NCBI GenBank assembly: GCA_009602735.1
Contig: WELA01002374.1
Location: 190,787 to 253,200 of the forward strand
DNA: 62,414 bases
Source: Mesotaenium endlicherianum
Lineage: Eukaryota
Reading direction: 5' to 3'
This document shows positions 35,601-47,369 of the stretch, piece after piece. Both the position numbers and the translations under genes were made by a program. The notes beneath the pieces are model-generated. The model saw only the letters and a list, made by a program, of their open reading frames with translations, did not search any database and was not told the origin of the DNA. Within the stretch, counting starts at the first letter, position 1, and each line of letters begins with the position of its first letter.

Positions 35601-38600
35601 ATAGAAAAGGCAGGGCTTGTGGGGGGGGGGGAGGGGTGAAGATGGAGAGTAGTGAGTAGGTTGCACCATCATCATCATTGCTGTCATCTTGGCTCCTGGG
35701 AATCTGGGAGGAGGAAACCAAAGGGGGGCATGCGTGCTTGCGGTGGCTGCCGTCAGGGCCATATTTCACGGGGATGGGGGGCCCCCCCGGGCTGCGCTGT
35801 ATGCGGTGATGGGAGACGATTTCCACTTCGCCCGTTCTGCTCCCCCAGGCCAGGGGTCTGGGGTTGGTCGATGCATGACTATGCAGCTTCAGCTTGGGCG
35901 GGGCCAAGCACGTGCTGACACATGTCTTGTCTCTCCGTGGGGCGATGCAGTGATTGGCACGGCATTTGCATTCAACATGCTCTTTGGGCTGGAGGTGTGG
36001 ATAGGCGTGCTGGTGACAGGTGGCAGCACGTTGGTCGTCCTCGGCCTGCAGCACTATGGGGTAGGTTGACCTCTGTTTTCTGAACTTCGTGTAGCAGGAG
36101 GAGGACCCTCAGCTGGGGGCTGAGGCCGGGGAGCAGCGCCTTCTTCAGCACTCTGGAGGGCTCACACCACACCTAGGAGACTTAGGAGAGCCTTTCACGC
36201 ACCCACCAGCACGGGTTGCGTGGGGGTTGTGGCTAGTCCAGCAAACACACCACAGCTGTGCTCTGCGCTTGCTACTGTCCCAGCCTTGTCTTGGAAGTGC
36301 GTGGAAAAGTCTGTCTGGGCTCTGCTGTTGTGTTTGCCAGACGCATGTATTGAGCTCATAAGCTCTTGGTTGGAGTTAGCCTCTAGCCAACGTGATTGCG
36401 ATCGTGATGCTTACCCCAGCAAGGCCCTTAAAGCCCAAAGAGTTGGATACTCGTGCGCCCGTATCCCCTCTGAGGCTGCATGACCCCGCAGTTCAAAGTA
36501 CCATCATTTGTGCACCCCCTCAACCTTATACACTCAAGTGGCAAGTGACGTCATTCCTTTCTGTAAACTCCAACCCCAGAAGTGGGACCTCCAATGGGAC
36601 CTCCAACTCAGAAGTCTTGCACCCTTCAATGCCAAGCCCGGGGAAGACCCTTGGTGGCGCGCGCGCAGGTGCGGAAGCTGGAGGTGGCCATCGCCATGCT
36701 GGTGGTGGTGATTGCCGCCTGCTTCATGCTGGAGCTGGCGTACGCGCGCCCCGCGCCCGTTGCGCTGCTGGCCGGCATCGTCACGCCCGTGCTGCGCTCC
36801 AGCCAGGCCACCGCCATCGCCATCTCCGTCTTCGGCGCCAATGTCATGCCGTGCGCCCTCCCCCCCCACCCCCCTTCCTTCCTCTCTTGGGGTTTGTCGG
36901 TCTCCTCGGTGGCAGCACGTGTGAATCTCTCCAGGATCCTCGGCATACTGGGGCCTCCTTCTGGCACGGGTGCTGCTGGGCTGTTCTCTACAGTGAGAAA
37001 GGGTGAACCTCTGGCCATGATGATATGCCACTACCTGAGCATCTTTCTCTGTCTGGAACTCCAGAACAAGCCTCCCACGATGCACCCTGGCACCCTGGCA
37101 CCCCCCCTGGACACGCTTCAGCACCTGCCAGGGCCTCTGGTTGCGCTCATATCCTCCCACTCCCGCACTCACTCAGTCGGTTAGCAGAGGTTGGCCGCTG
37201 CTCTGACCCTAATGACCGCTTGCCCTCCCACAGTAGTGCCTCTCCCGTAGACATGATCTTCATCATCATCCCCTCCCATGCCCCCCATTCCCGCAGCAAG
37301 TGCTGCCTGTGCTGAGCCCGCAAGTGCCAAGCGTGCCTGGGCTTCAGAAAGCTGCACTCAGCGCCCCTCTCTTGAAGAGCCCCCCTGGTGCTGTTTATTC
37401 CTCCTCTTCTTCTTCTCTTACGGGACAGGCTTGTCATTGGGGTCATCGTGATTGCCTTGCACACCATCCCTGCGCATGCTGCCCCAGCAGCCTCGCAGCG
37501 CCCGCATCTTGGGCTGGGGAGCCGGAGCACATCAGACCCGCAGAGCTGGCAATCTGTTTCGCGCGCAAGGGCATTCGGAGAGTATGGCTTATGCATTGAG
37601 GCGTGATTGCCGTTGGGCTGAGTGACTACGGAACACACGAAGGGCGTCGTGCATGCCCTTACTTTCACTCTAAGTTGCAGGATTGATTGGTCCTTATTGA
37701 CTACGGTTGCGATGCCAGCCGTACGGTCCGGTGAGGATGCTGAGGAGGTGCGGGTGTGATGCTGGGGGGGGGGGGGCAGGCACAACCTGTACCTGCACTC
37801 GGCGCTGGTGCTCAGCCGCCAGACCGCCCGCACCAACCGCGGCATCCGGGTGCGCCCCTCTTGGCCCTGCCCCCGTGCTGGGTGGAGCTTCTGCTGCCTC
37901 TGCCTCACCCAAGCCTCATACTCCAGAAACCCTAGAATACTAATTATGTGATATTTGAAAGCTGGGAAAACAACTTGATGCCTCTTCCTTTGGCCCAGTA
38001 AGTGTCTGGCCCCAAGCGCCAGCCTCAGCCTCAGCCTCAGCCTGACTTTCGGACTCCTACTCTCTTCCAGTTACTCACCGCACGAGTCACTCACACCCCC
38101 TGCCCGCCTAGAAGGCAGGCACCTCAACGACATAAGCTTTCTGTGAGCGTGGTCGGCAGCACAGGCTTGAGATGTGTGGACCTTGGGCACTCTTGCTTGC
38201 TTGCCTGGTGAGGGGGAGGGCTGACACAGTACTCGCCCTAAAATCTACATCCAACCTGCCCTTTGACCTAAAACACGAAGAACTATGAAGCTTTGAACTA
38301 GCCTTAGAAGCAGAGCTTTTATCTTGAGGACGAGGATGGAAGGAGGACGGCAGGCAGGACGGCCGGCTGTTAAATGGGCCAAGGCAATGAAAGCCAAACT
38401 GCTGACGTAGTGTTGAGCTTTGAAGCCCGGACGCCGACTGTGGGTGGTGCAGGACGGGCGGCTGTTCAACATCCTGGAGATGATTCTGGGCATGGTGCTG
38501 GCGTTCCTCATCAACGTGTCCGTCATCGGCACGTCCGGCGCCATCTGCAACGATGCCGCCGCGTCGCCCGAGGTGCTGGACAGCTGCAAGCACCTGGACC

Positions 38601-41331
38601 TCAACCGCGCGCCCATCCTCCTCAAGGTGTGTGCCTCTCTCCTCTGCCTGCGTCAGGCGCGTGCGATGGGCGTGTGTGTTTGTAGCCTTCAAAGATGACT
38701 TTGTAGATACTTGTGCTTTGTCATCGAACAATGGCACACCTAGCTGCGGACAGTTGTGGGGCTCTGGAGCGCGGGGGGGGGGCGGATGTGGGGGGGGNCT
38801 CAGCGGTGGTGCGCTTTTTCGCACACCTGCTGGTGTTAGGGGATGGGTTGGGGCCGACAATGATGCCTTGCCTGCTCCTGCGGTTCGTGCGTCATGCCTC
38901 CTCCAGCTGGCAGCACCGTGTATTACATCACGCGGTGCTCGTAGTCTTGCAAGTGGAAACATTTACGCAGGCTTGTAGGGTGCTGACATTGCTGTGCGTG
39001 TGGTGCTTGCGGTGGAGCAGAACACGCTGGGGCGGGCGGCATCGACGCTGTACGCTGTGGCGCTGCTGGCCTCGGGCCTCAGCTCGTGCGTCACCGGCAC
39101 CTACGCCGGCCAGTACGTCATGCAGGTGGGCCGCTCGGAGCACCCCGCACTTGATTGCATATGTACTTGTGTGTGAGAGACGAGGGAAAGTGCTCTACAT
39201 CTTGCCAACAGTCGGCAGCACGCTAAGTACACTGACGTCATCATTCAGGAAGCGGGCAGAGACAGCAGAGCGGCAACGGTTCTTCACGCACTTGTACCTC
39301 GGGCATCCAACAGGGATGCAGGGCATTGTGAGAAGAAAAGTCTCGTTCTTGCATCTGCAATATTTGGTACAAAGGCGACATCCACTTACAACATTCCTAA
39401 TCTGCCCTAGTCTGCAATATGCGCAAGGCTTGCCACGGTTGCAAACAGTCAGATGAGACAAACGAAGCACAGCCCCTCTGTAACTCTCACTGCGTGCTGT
39501 GTGTGCGGCCTATCGTTTGTCTGCCACCTGGCGTGCATACAGGGCTTCCTGGAACTGAAGATAGACCCGGTGTACCGCAACCTGCTGACGCGCTCCGTGG
39601 CCATTGTCCCCAGCCTGGCTGTTGCTCTTGTGGGGGGCACCGCCGCCTCCGGCCAACTCATCATCATCTCCTCGGTACGGCCCCACACGTGCCCCCCCGC
39701 CATCCTCCTCCATCGTCAATTCCTCTGCCATTTGCTCTTGTCGATTTTCGTCGTGTTCGTCTTGCTTGATGTCTCACCTTGCAACGCTCTGTCTCTTACC
39801 TCGGCCATAACATTGTGCCTGAAGCTTCACTACTTGGCACTCCATAGTATGTGCTGCGTGGGCTCCGACCCGGATGCTGCCGTCTGTGCCCTGCGCTAGC
39901 CCTCTGCGCCGCTTCTGCTCCCCTACGCCCTGGCGTGTGCGTTGCTGGCCATTTGCTCTTTCATGAGCTGGACAAGGGAGATGGATGCTCCACTCTACCA
40001 CCCTCTCAGGCCTTGGGTCACTCACGTTATGCCATCTGGCATAGTTCGGGGCACACCAGCGTGACAGGTGGCAGCAACTGATTTATGGAAACGTACCCTG
40101 ACTTCCTCTTATTTCCTGTTAGCTTCAATGACTTGTAGGGCAACTTCAAGGGGGTTGACGTCCTCAGCTGAGGCCCTTCTCTCTGTATGTGTGGCTCAAG
40201 ATGGGGTACGCGCGGCCGCGAAGCTGGACTATTATATGCTGCATTCTGTGTTTCCTATATTCGTTATGGATGTATGATAAGGTTCCTATAAGATGGAGAA
40301 GTTGGCGACATGCGTGGTGCCTTAGGATGTGTGTGTGTGGGCCTGGGAGAGGGGGGTTGCCGTGGCGGGCGGCAGATCGTGCTGGCGTTTGAGCTGCCGT
40401 ATGCGCTCATCCCGCTGCTCAAGTTCACGAGCAACCCCATGAAGATGGGGCCCTTTGTGAACCACTCAGCCGTAATGGCACCGCACCCTTCCCCGCCCCT
40501 TTGTTTCATTCTGCATTGCTCCATCCGCCACCCCTTTCAGTTACGGTTGGAACCATGAATGGCGTTGTGGCCAGGCTTTTTGGGCAATAGAGGGGGCCAG
40601 GCCCATCAAACTTTTGGTCCATGAAGTTGGCACTGCTAGGTCACTAAGTGAGGGGCAATAGTATTTTTTATAGTAGCCTTGAGAATCTTGATACGTGAGC
40701 ATTCCTTTTCTCCAGTTGCTTCAGGTGTGCGCCACGCAATAGCTTGCAGTTCCTTCCAGGCATATACGGAAAGCAAGTTGCTCTTGTGGTCATCAACAGA
40801 TCCTGATTTTTCCAGCTCCTAAAGTTCTGGATTGTGGCACGTATGTCTGATCGCTGCATGCAGGTGACGGTTGGCGTGTGGCTGCTGGGGCTGTGCGTGA
40901 TTGCCATCAACGTCTTCTTCATCGTCGACCTCATTATAGACTTCATCCACCATACCACCATGCCTCGTGCCCCGCTAGCTGTCCTCTCTATTCTCATATT
41001 TGCGGCACTTGCTTTGTATATAGCCTCTGCTGCATATCTTGCTTTCCGGAAGGACACTCAGGTCACTTTCTCTGGCCTCGAAGACTTTGACTCCAGTGAC
41101 GAGCTCAGACACATGTCGGGGGACGATAGATTTGTGATTGATGACCTAAGTAGCAGCGACGGCAGTGAGGGAAAGACAAAAAATGACAGACAACCTGAGA
41201 CAGATTCTACAAAACTTATTGTCGGTAGTCATACAGACTCGAGCGCACCTTCGAGCTTAGTTTCCTTGGACTTGGAAACGCCACCTTCTGCAGCAAAATA
41301 TTTTCGAGATAAACATGGGCAATTTAATTGA
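32690..41331 (+). CDS. NRAMP: NRAMP family divalent metal transporter, NRAMP1/6-like (592 aa, 13 exons)
   Basis: Exons 32690-32827, 33455-33533, 33891-33931, 34720-34798, 35266-35370, 35951-36060, 36669-36850, 37780-37849, 38453-38626, 39021-39125, 39543-39674, 40376-40471, 40864-41331 join in frame. Motifs [95 protein letters not shown]. Confidence 0.95.
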
Positions 41332-43513
41332 CCGGAGTTGATCGATTTAGATTCAATTGGAATCATCTGCTCCTCCTTGCTTAAGAATGTCGAAATTGCA
41401 CCTATTGAAATTCAATGGAGCCAAGGGTTGGAAAAAAAACAAGTCAGGATAAAAATTTAACATCTGGATAATTTTGGCCTTACATATTGCAGATGCATTG
41501 GGTTTGGAAGTGGTAAGTGATGTACACATCCGTAAGCGGGGCATCGAAGGTATAATATGTGATCAATCGCAAAATTCCAAAACTACAAGAGGGTGTTGCT
41601 GAAGTGGCTCACTTGAGGACCATCCACTAACCAAATCTATAGGTGGTTGATCATAGCTCAATGGGTTTGCAACCATTGCAATTGTAAAAATCTTAATTTT
41701 CTGGTCTTGAAGCTAATTTATATGCACATTCATCTCAATTGTGCTCATTTTTTTGCAAGCTTTGACATTCACGTAATCTACTACATGAGCACAAAGATAC
41801 TTTGGTATACTTCAAAGCAAGGCGCAACATTAATTGTTGGGAAGCTTTTACAGTCTTACTACGAAGGATAAGACCATACTTGTTACCAATTACGACTCAC
41901 CATGCACAAACTTGGCCCATAAATTTGTTTTTGACTACGCAATCAAAAATATGCTCAGTAAGGACCTTCCTAATCAAAAATCTGCCCACATAACCTACTT
42001 ACTCCCAAACACTTAATAATGGAAATTTTGCACACTCTAATATGACTGTACACATGCGCAAGTATACTTGCACGTACCTCCATTCATATTGTTTGCGCGT
42101 ATTTTGAGACGTTGCAGGCAGAAGGTACAAGATACAATGACTCCAAAGTCATTACTCATTAACCTCGTGCAAGTGGCGAACACTCAAAAGGGTGCCGTAC
42201 TATATGAGGTCGGGCATGTCTCAGCTGTGAGTGCTCCAAACAACGAGCCCCTTAGCACGTTTTGCTGCAACAGTTTGTAATTATAACGTGAACAATGCGC
42301 AATAGTAATAAAAGGACAAAGATTGAAGATTCCAAAGTAAAGAGAGCTAAATATGCAGTATTCTCAATAGAAACTTTGTACTAATTAAAGTGAGCCCCAC
42401 AAAATTGCACACTAAAGAGTAGTTTGAGAAATGAGGTATGGTTCAAAAGATTATTGAAGGCACAGTGGCCCAGTGGATGATCTATTAGAATAGTACTTGC
42501 ATAAGAGGGTAAGCTGTGACTTTGCTCACCACAATCATGTCTGAAACGTGACAAGACACCGACTGGTATAGTCACCTCACAAAGACTCACAAGTGGAACC
42601 TAGAAACCCACTAAGATAACAGTGGTCTTTATTACTTACACATTACATGCTACAATGGAGGACTTCTAAGCGTATATTTGCTAGAGGAACTCCGGCTTGT
42701 ATACATACTCAATACTGCGTCTGTAATGCAAGTCAATGATTGTATCTAGTCTTTTTCTAGGTCACATCTAAGCACCAAAGCATACTTCAATCCAAGCATT
42801 ATCATAGGTTACACACAAAGCATCAAGCATGTGACTGGTGGCCAAATCTCACCTTGACCAGTGAAGGATGGATCTTATATCATACACAAATATGAATATA
42901 TCAAAGTCTTCCACTTCTTGACACTATTATTCATTTTTAGCTTTTAGTAATTTGGACGACTGTAGCTATACTACCTTGTAGCAGCGATGTTTTTATTGGT
43001 AATGGGTTTTTAAAACAATCACAAAGCAAGAAGTAAAAAGGAATGAGAAAGTAATGTCGAAAAAAACGCTTAAAAATGTTGAAAAAGGGATCTACAAGGT
43101 CATTGTATTGCATAATCTGACATTCGACCTCAAGAGACACTCTTCATGTCGTGCGCTTGTTCCATTTTTCACAAAGTGTTGCAAATGAGCGATACGTGTT
43201 TGTGCTTGCCAACAAACAATACCCTCAAAAAAACGCGTATATTTTGCTTGACACACTTGAAAATACTAAATAGTGCAAGAACTTGTTGTTTAATATTGAA
43301 TGTTGAATGCGGTTGTTTTGGGCACTTGTGAGCAGCTCCACGCACCTAATGACAAATTGCAAGAATGGACTTCTACGAGAAAATAACTCATGGTATAATC
43401 TACTCTCTCATACTTAATCGGTGGTAACTTGAAACTCAGTGTGGAGGCGACGAAACGTCCTTCACCACGTGACCTCAAATGACCAAGCCGAGCGACAAAA
43501 CAGAAACGTACAC

Positions 43514-43547
43514 AGAGAGAGGGAGAGAGAGAGAGAGAGAGAGAGAG
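43514..43547. repeat. (GA)n microsatellite, left flank of retroelement 1
   Basis: Direct reading; the repeat resumes at 47306-47369. Confidence 0.9.
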
Positions 43548-43647
43548 TATAGTGATTTGAGTTATAATGTATTATTTTGCATATATTTTAATGCTTTTGG
43601 AATACATTTGGAGTAGTATTGTGTGGCGTCAAGTGTGAATAGATTTT

Positions 43648-45910
43648 GACTATCGCGCCCTCAACAAGATCACCATCGAGAATCGATACCCGCTGCCGCG
43701 CATGGATGAGCTCATGGACCGGCTGGTTGGAGTCAAGTACTTCACGAAGGTGGACTTGAGAAGCGGCTACCACCAGATTCGCATCGCTGAACCTGACATA
43801 GAGAAAACGGCGTTCAAGACAAGATATGGACATTTTGAGTTCATGGTCCTGCCATTTGGACTCACCAACGCGCCAGCAACTTTCATGACTATGATGAACA
43901 CCATATTTCAGCCCATGTTGGACAGATTTGTAGTGGTATTCATTGATGTCATCCTTATCTACAGCAAGACCCTCGAAGAGCATGCGAGACACTTGAAAGA
44001 AGTCCTCGAAGTATTGAAGCAAAACAAGCTATTTGCAAAGGAGTCAAAGTGCGAGTTTGCCAAACAAGAAGTGGAGTTCCTAGGTCTCCACGTGACTGCT
44101 GATGGCATCAAGATGGACCCCAAGAAGACCACGGTGGTGGAGGAATGGCCAACCCCCACGACCAAGAAAGAACTCCAATCATTCTTGGGATTTGCCAATT
44201 GGTACAGGAGATTCATCCAGAGCTTCTCGCACATAGCAGCCCCTCACGGATCTATTGAAGAAAGACAAGCCATACGTTTGGACCAAGAAAGAGGAGGAAG
44301 CATTCCAACAACTAAAGCAAAGATTGACAACATCCCCGGTGCTCAAACTCCCAAGTCCAAACCCAGATTGGCCCTTCCACGTCATCACCGATGCATCTTC
44401 CTATGCAATAGGAGCAATCTTGCTTCAAGACCAAGGCAAGGGACTGCAACCCATTGCCTATGAGTCAAGGAAGCTAAATCCAGCCGAGCAAAATTATACA
44501 ACCACGGAGCGAGAGGCGTTGGCGATTGTACATGCCTTGAAGGTTTGGCGCTGCTGCGTTGAAGGACGCAAGGTACTGGTCACTACGGACCACGAGGCGT
44601 TGAAGCACCTCCAGAAGCAGCCGTGTCTCTCAAGGAGACAAGCAAGATGGAGCGGATACTTGCAACAATACAACATCACAATTCAGTACCAACCGGCAAG
44701 ACAAACCCGGCTGACCCCCTCTCAAGACTGCAATTAAACGCAATGATGACATCCCTGAAGACAGATCTGGAAGCTCGATTCTCAGCCGCCTATGAAAGAG
44801 ACCCTTACTACAAGAATGGAAAAGCAGCCTTGGACCCATACAAGAAGCACAAAGGCAATTATTGGGTGAGGCAAGATACGGGCCAGAGATGTGTTTCTAA
44901 TGACTTAGACCTCCGGCTCTTGCTTTTACGAGAAGCACACGACAACCCTCTTGGAGGACACTTTGGAATCCTAAAGACCACGGGCGTTCTAGCCAGGATT
45001 TATTGTTGGCCAGGCATGTCTAAGCAAGTCAAGGAGTACTGCAGGAGCTGTGACACATGCCAAAGAGTCAAGTCATCATCACAAAAGGCGGGAGGACTCC
45101 TCCAACCACTACCAATCCCCGAAAGACAATGGACGGACACCTCAAGGGACCTTTTCGTGGACCTGCCCGTGACACCTCGAGGCCATAATGCAATACTCAC
45201 GGTGGTGGACAGACTTACCAAGATGGCTCATTTTATTCCCACGACAACTAAGGCTACAGCACCACAACTTGCAAGACTCATCTTTGACAACATCTTCTGG
45301 CTCCATGGACTACCATCAAGAATTGTGTCGGATAGAGATCCAAGATTTACAAGCCATTTTTGGAAAAATCTCTTCAAGAACTTGGGTACATCGCTGGATA
45401 TGTCCACTGCGTATCACCCGCAATCAGATGGGCAAATCGAGCGTATGAATTGTACCCTAAAGACCTCTTTAAAGGCCTACGTGTCTACTCTGGAGCAAGA
45501 TTGGGACATGTACTTGACCCCCTTGGAGTTTGCCTACAACAACACGACGCAGGCCTCTACCCAAGAGTCCCCATTCTTCCTCAACTATGGCTTCCATCCA
45601 ACCACGCCGCTGAGCTTCAGGGCTGGCCATGATGGAGACATTAGAAGCAGCCGTTACAGCAGCGAAGAAAGCTCTACAACAGGCGCAAGATGCTCAAGCA
45701 AGAGTCGCAAAAAGGTCCAGAAGAGAAATTACGTACAGAGTGGGTGACAACGTGTTACTATCATCCAAAAATATTTCCCTGAACAACAGGCTTGAGACAG
45801 CAGCAATGCTTGATCAAGTGGAAAGGATATCCAGATCCTGAGAATACTTGGGTGGCGGCGCACTACCTTGACAAAGTTCAGAGAAAGCTGAAACGCTTCC
45901 ATGCCGCCAA
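43648..45910 (+). pseudogene. pol: Defective pol (RT, RNase H, integrase, partial chromodomain) of element 1
   Basis: [39 protein letters not shown], catalytic motif altered to FIDV, TDASSYAIGAIL, HDNPLGGHFG..CDTC, IVSDRDPRF, CLIKWKGYPDPENTW. Frameshifts near 44240, 44700 and 45625, and an apparent deletion near 45790. Confidence 0.92.
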
Positions 45911-46804
45911 CCCCCATCTTGGACCAGCCCCAAGTTTCTCTATAAGAAGCCCAAAGACTTCAGGGAGGCAGCCTGCCACCATCAAGAAGCAGCAAAAGAC
46001 CCCTTGGAGGCAGCCTGCAAGAACCACAAAGAGGAAAAAATAACATTAGACACTTTTCTCTTCTCGCAGTTTCTGAACAGAACAGTAAAACTGCTACAAG
46101 TGATAGGTCTCTGCATAAGAAATTTTAAAGTTTTATCTGGTTGTAGTTCATAAGTAGCCAGTCATTTAGAATCCAAGTTTGCTTAATGTGGAGCACTGGT
46201 GAGCGAGATATGATGCTCTGAGTAGAAGGGGGTCAGGCTGTTGGCATTGTTAGGGTAGAATATGCCTTCTGACATTTTGCCCTCCCCTGAACTTGGAATG
46301 CTCTGAAAATATATACTTTGGTAGTACATCTTACAGCGCCCATTTAAAGACTTACTTTGCAGAATTTGGAGAAGTATAGAAGGACTTATGATTTTCAGAA
46401 GTTTCTGCACAGATTTGGAGGAGTGCCTACTCTCTCAGCTCTCAACAACGCTCCAGATATCAGAATGCTCTCAAATTAGGTGACCCGGTAGAGTTCTTTG
46501 ACGCGGTCAATTTGGCACTAGAGCTTTTAAATTTGGAGGAGTTCTGTGGTCTCTATGAATTTATGGCAGATTCTGGGCCAACTTGTACAATTTCCTTTAT
46601 CATCAAGGAGTAGGTTAGCCAATAAGGTCACACCACCCACGACCTTGCCTAGTCTACCTTACATGTGTAGCACCTGACTTGGCGCCTTTGACTAATCTTC
46701 TTCACATATGTGGCATCTGAGTTGAAGCTATTGATTAGTCTGCTCCACATGTGTAAGACCTGACTTGACGCGCCGAGACGTCGCTTATTCTGTCGAGGGG
46801 GTGA

Positions 46805-47307
46805 TGTAGTGATTTGAGTTATAATATATTAGTTTGCATATATTTTAATGCTTCTGAATATATTTGGAGTAGTATTGTGTGGCGTCAAGTGTGAATAGAT
46901 ACTTTAGTGACGTGGTTCATGTCCTTTGAATCCTCTAAGGCATTTTCGCAGTTAGAGGAAGGACCTAGAAGAACTCCATGTGGCAAAAGTCAAATGTGCC
47001 ATTTTTAGGTCAAAAAAACATGCGTACATTATTCTAGAAAGAGGTGGCAAGTTTTGGGATGTGTTGGGTGCCAACACATCAACATGCACCTTCCTAGAAA
47101 TTACTTATGTAGCAAGTATATGAACAAGAGCTAGAACATAGAAAGACATGTCAGAATCACTCTTGTACGTGCCAAATTCCAAATATACATCAACTTTCAA
47201 GAAGTCATCACTCTTTCAAGAAGCTACCACTTGTGTTCAAAGATCCTTGTCTTGAATAGATTAAGTATTATAATTCACTAAGTACTTTATCTATATGTTT
47301 CACTAGA
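46805..47307 (+). repeat. 3' LTR of element 1 (~500 bp)
   Basis: Starts TGTAGTGA right after the PPT and ends TCACTA(GA), an imperfect inverted match, at the (GA)n boundary. Confidence 0.75.
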
Positions 47308-47369
47308 GAGAGAGAGAGAGAGAGACAGAGAGAGAGAGGGAGAGAAAGAGTGGGAGAGAGAGAGAGAGA
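47306..47369. repeat. (GA)n-rich microsatellite, right flank of retroelement 1
   Basis: Direct reading. Confidence 0.9.

Larger units (their letters stand above)
43548..47307 (+). mobile_element. Internally deleted Ty3/gypsy chromovirus LTR retrotransposon
   Basis: 43548-43644 is a near-identical copy of 46805-46900 (LTR start). PPT GAGGGGGTGA at 46795-46804 precedes TGTAGTGA. The 3' LTR ends ...TCACTA(GA) at ~47307. RT-RNaseH-IN-chromodomain remnants lie between; gag and protease are absent. Confidence 0.9.

Noticed and set aside
32690..41331. EIN2 assignment for the NRAMP-like gene
   Set aside because: The C-terminal tail is short and the MPHN and TGTYAGQ motifs of true NRAMP transporters are intact.
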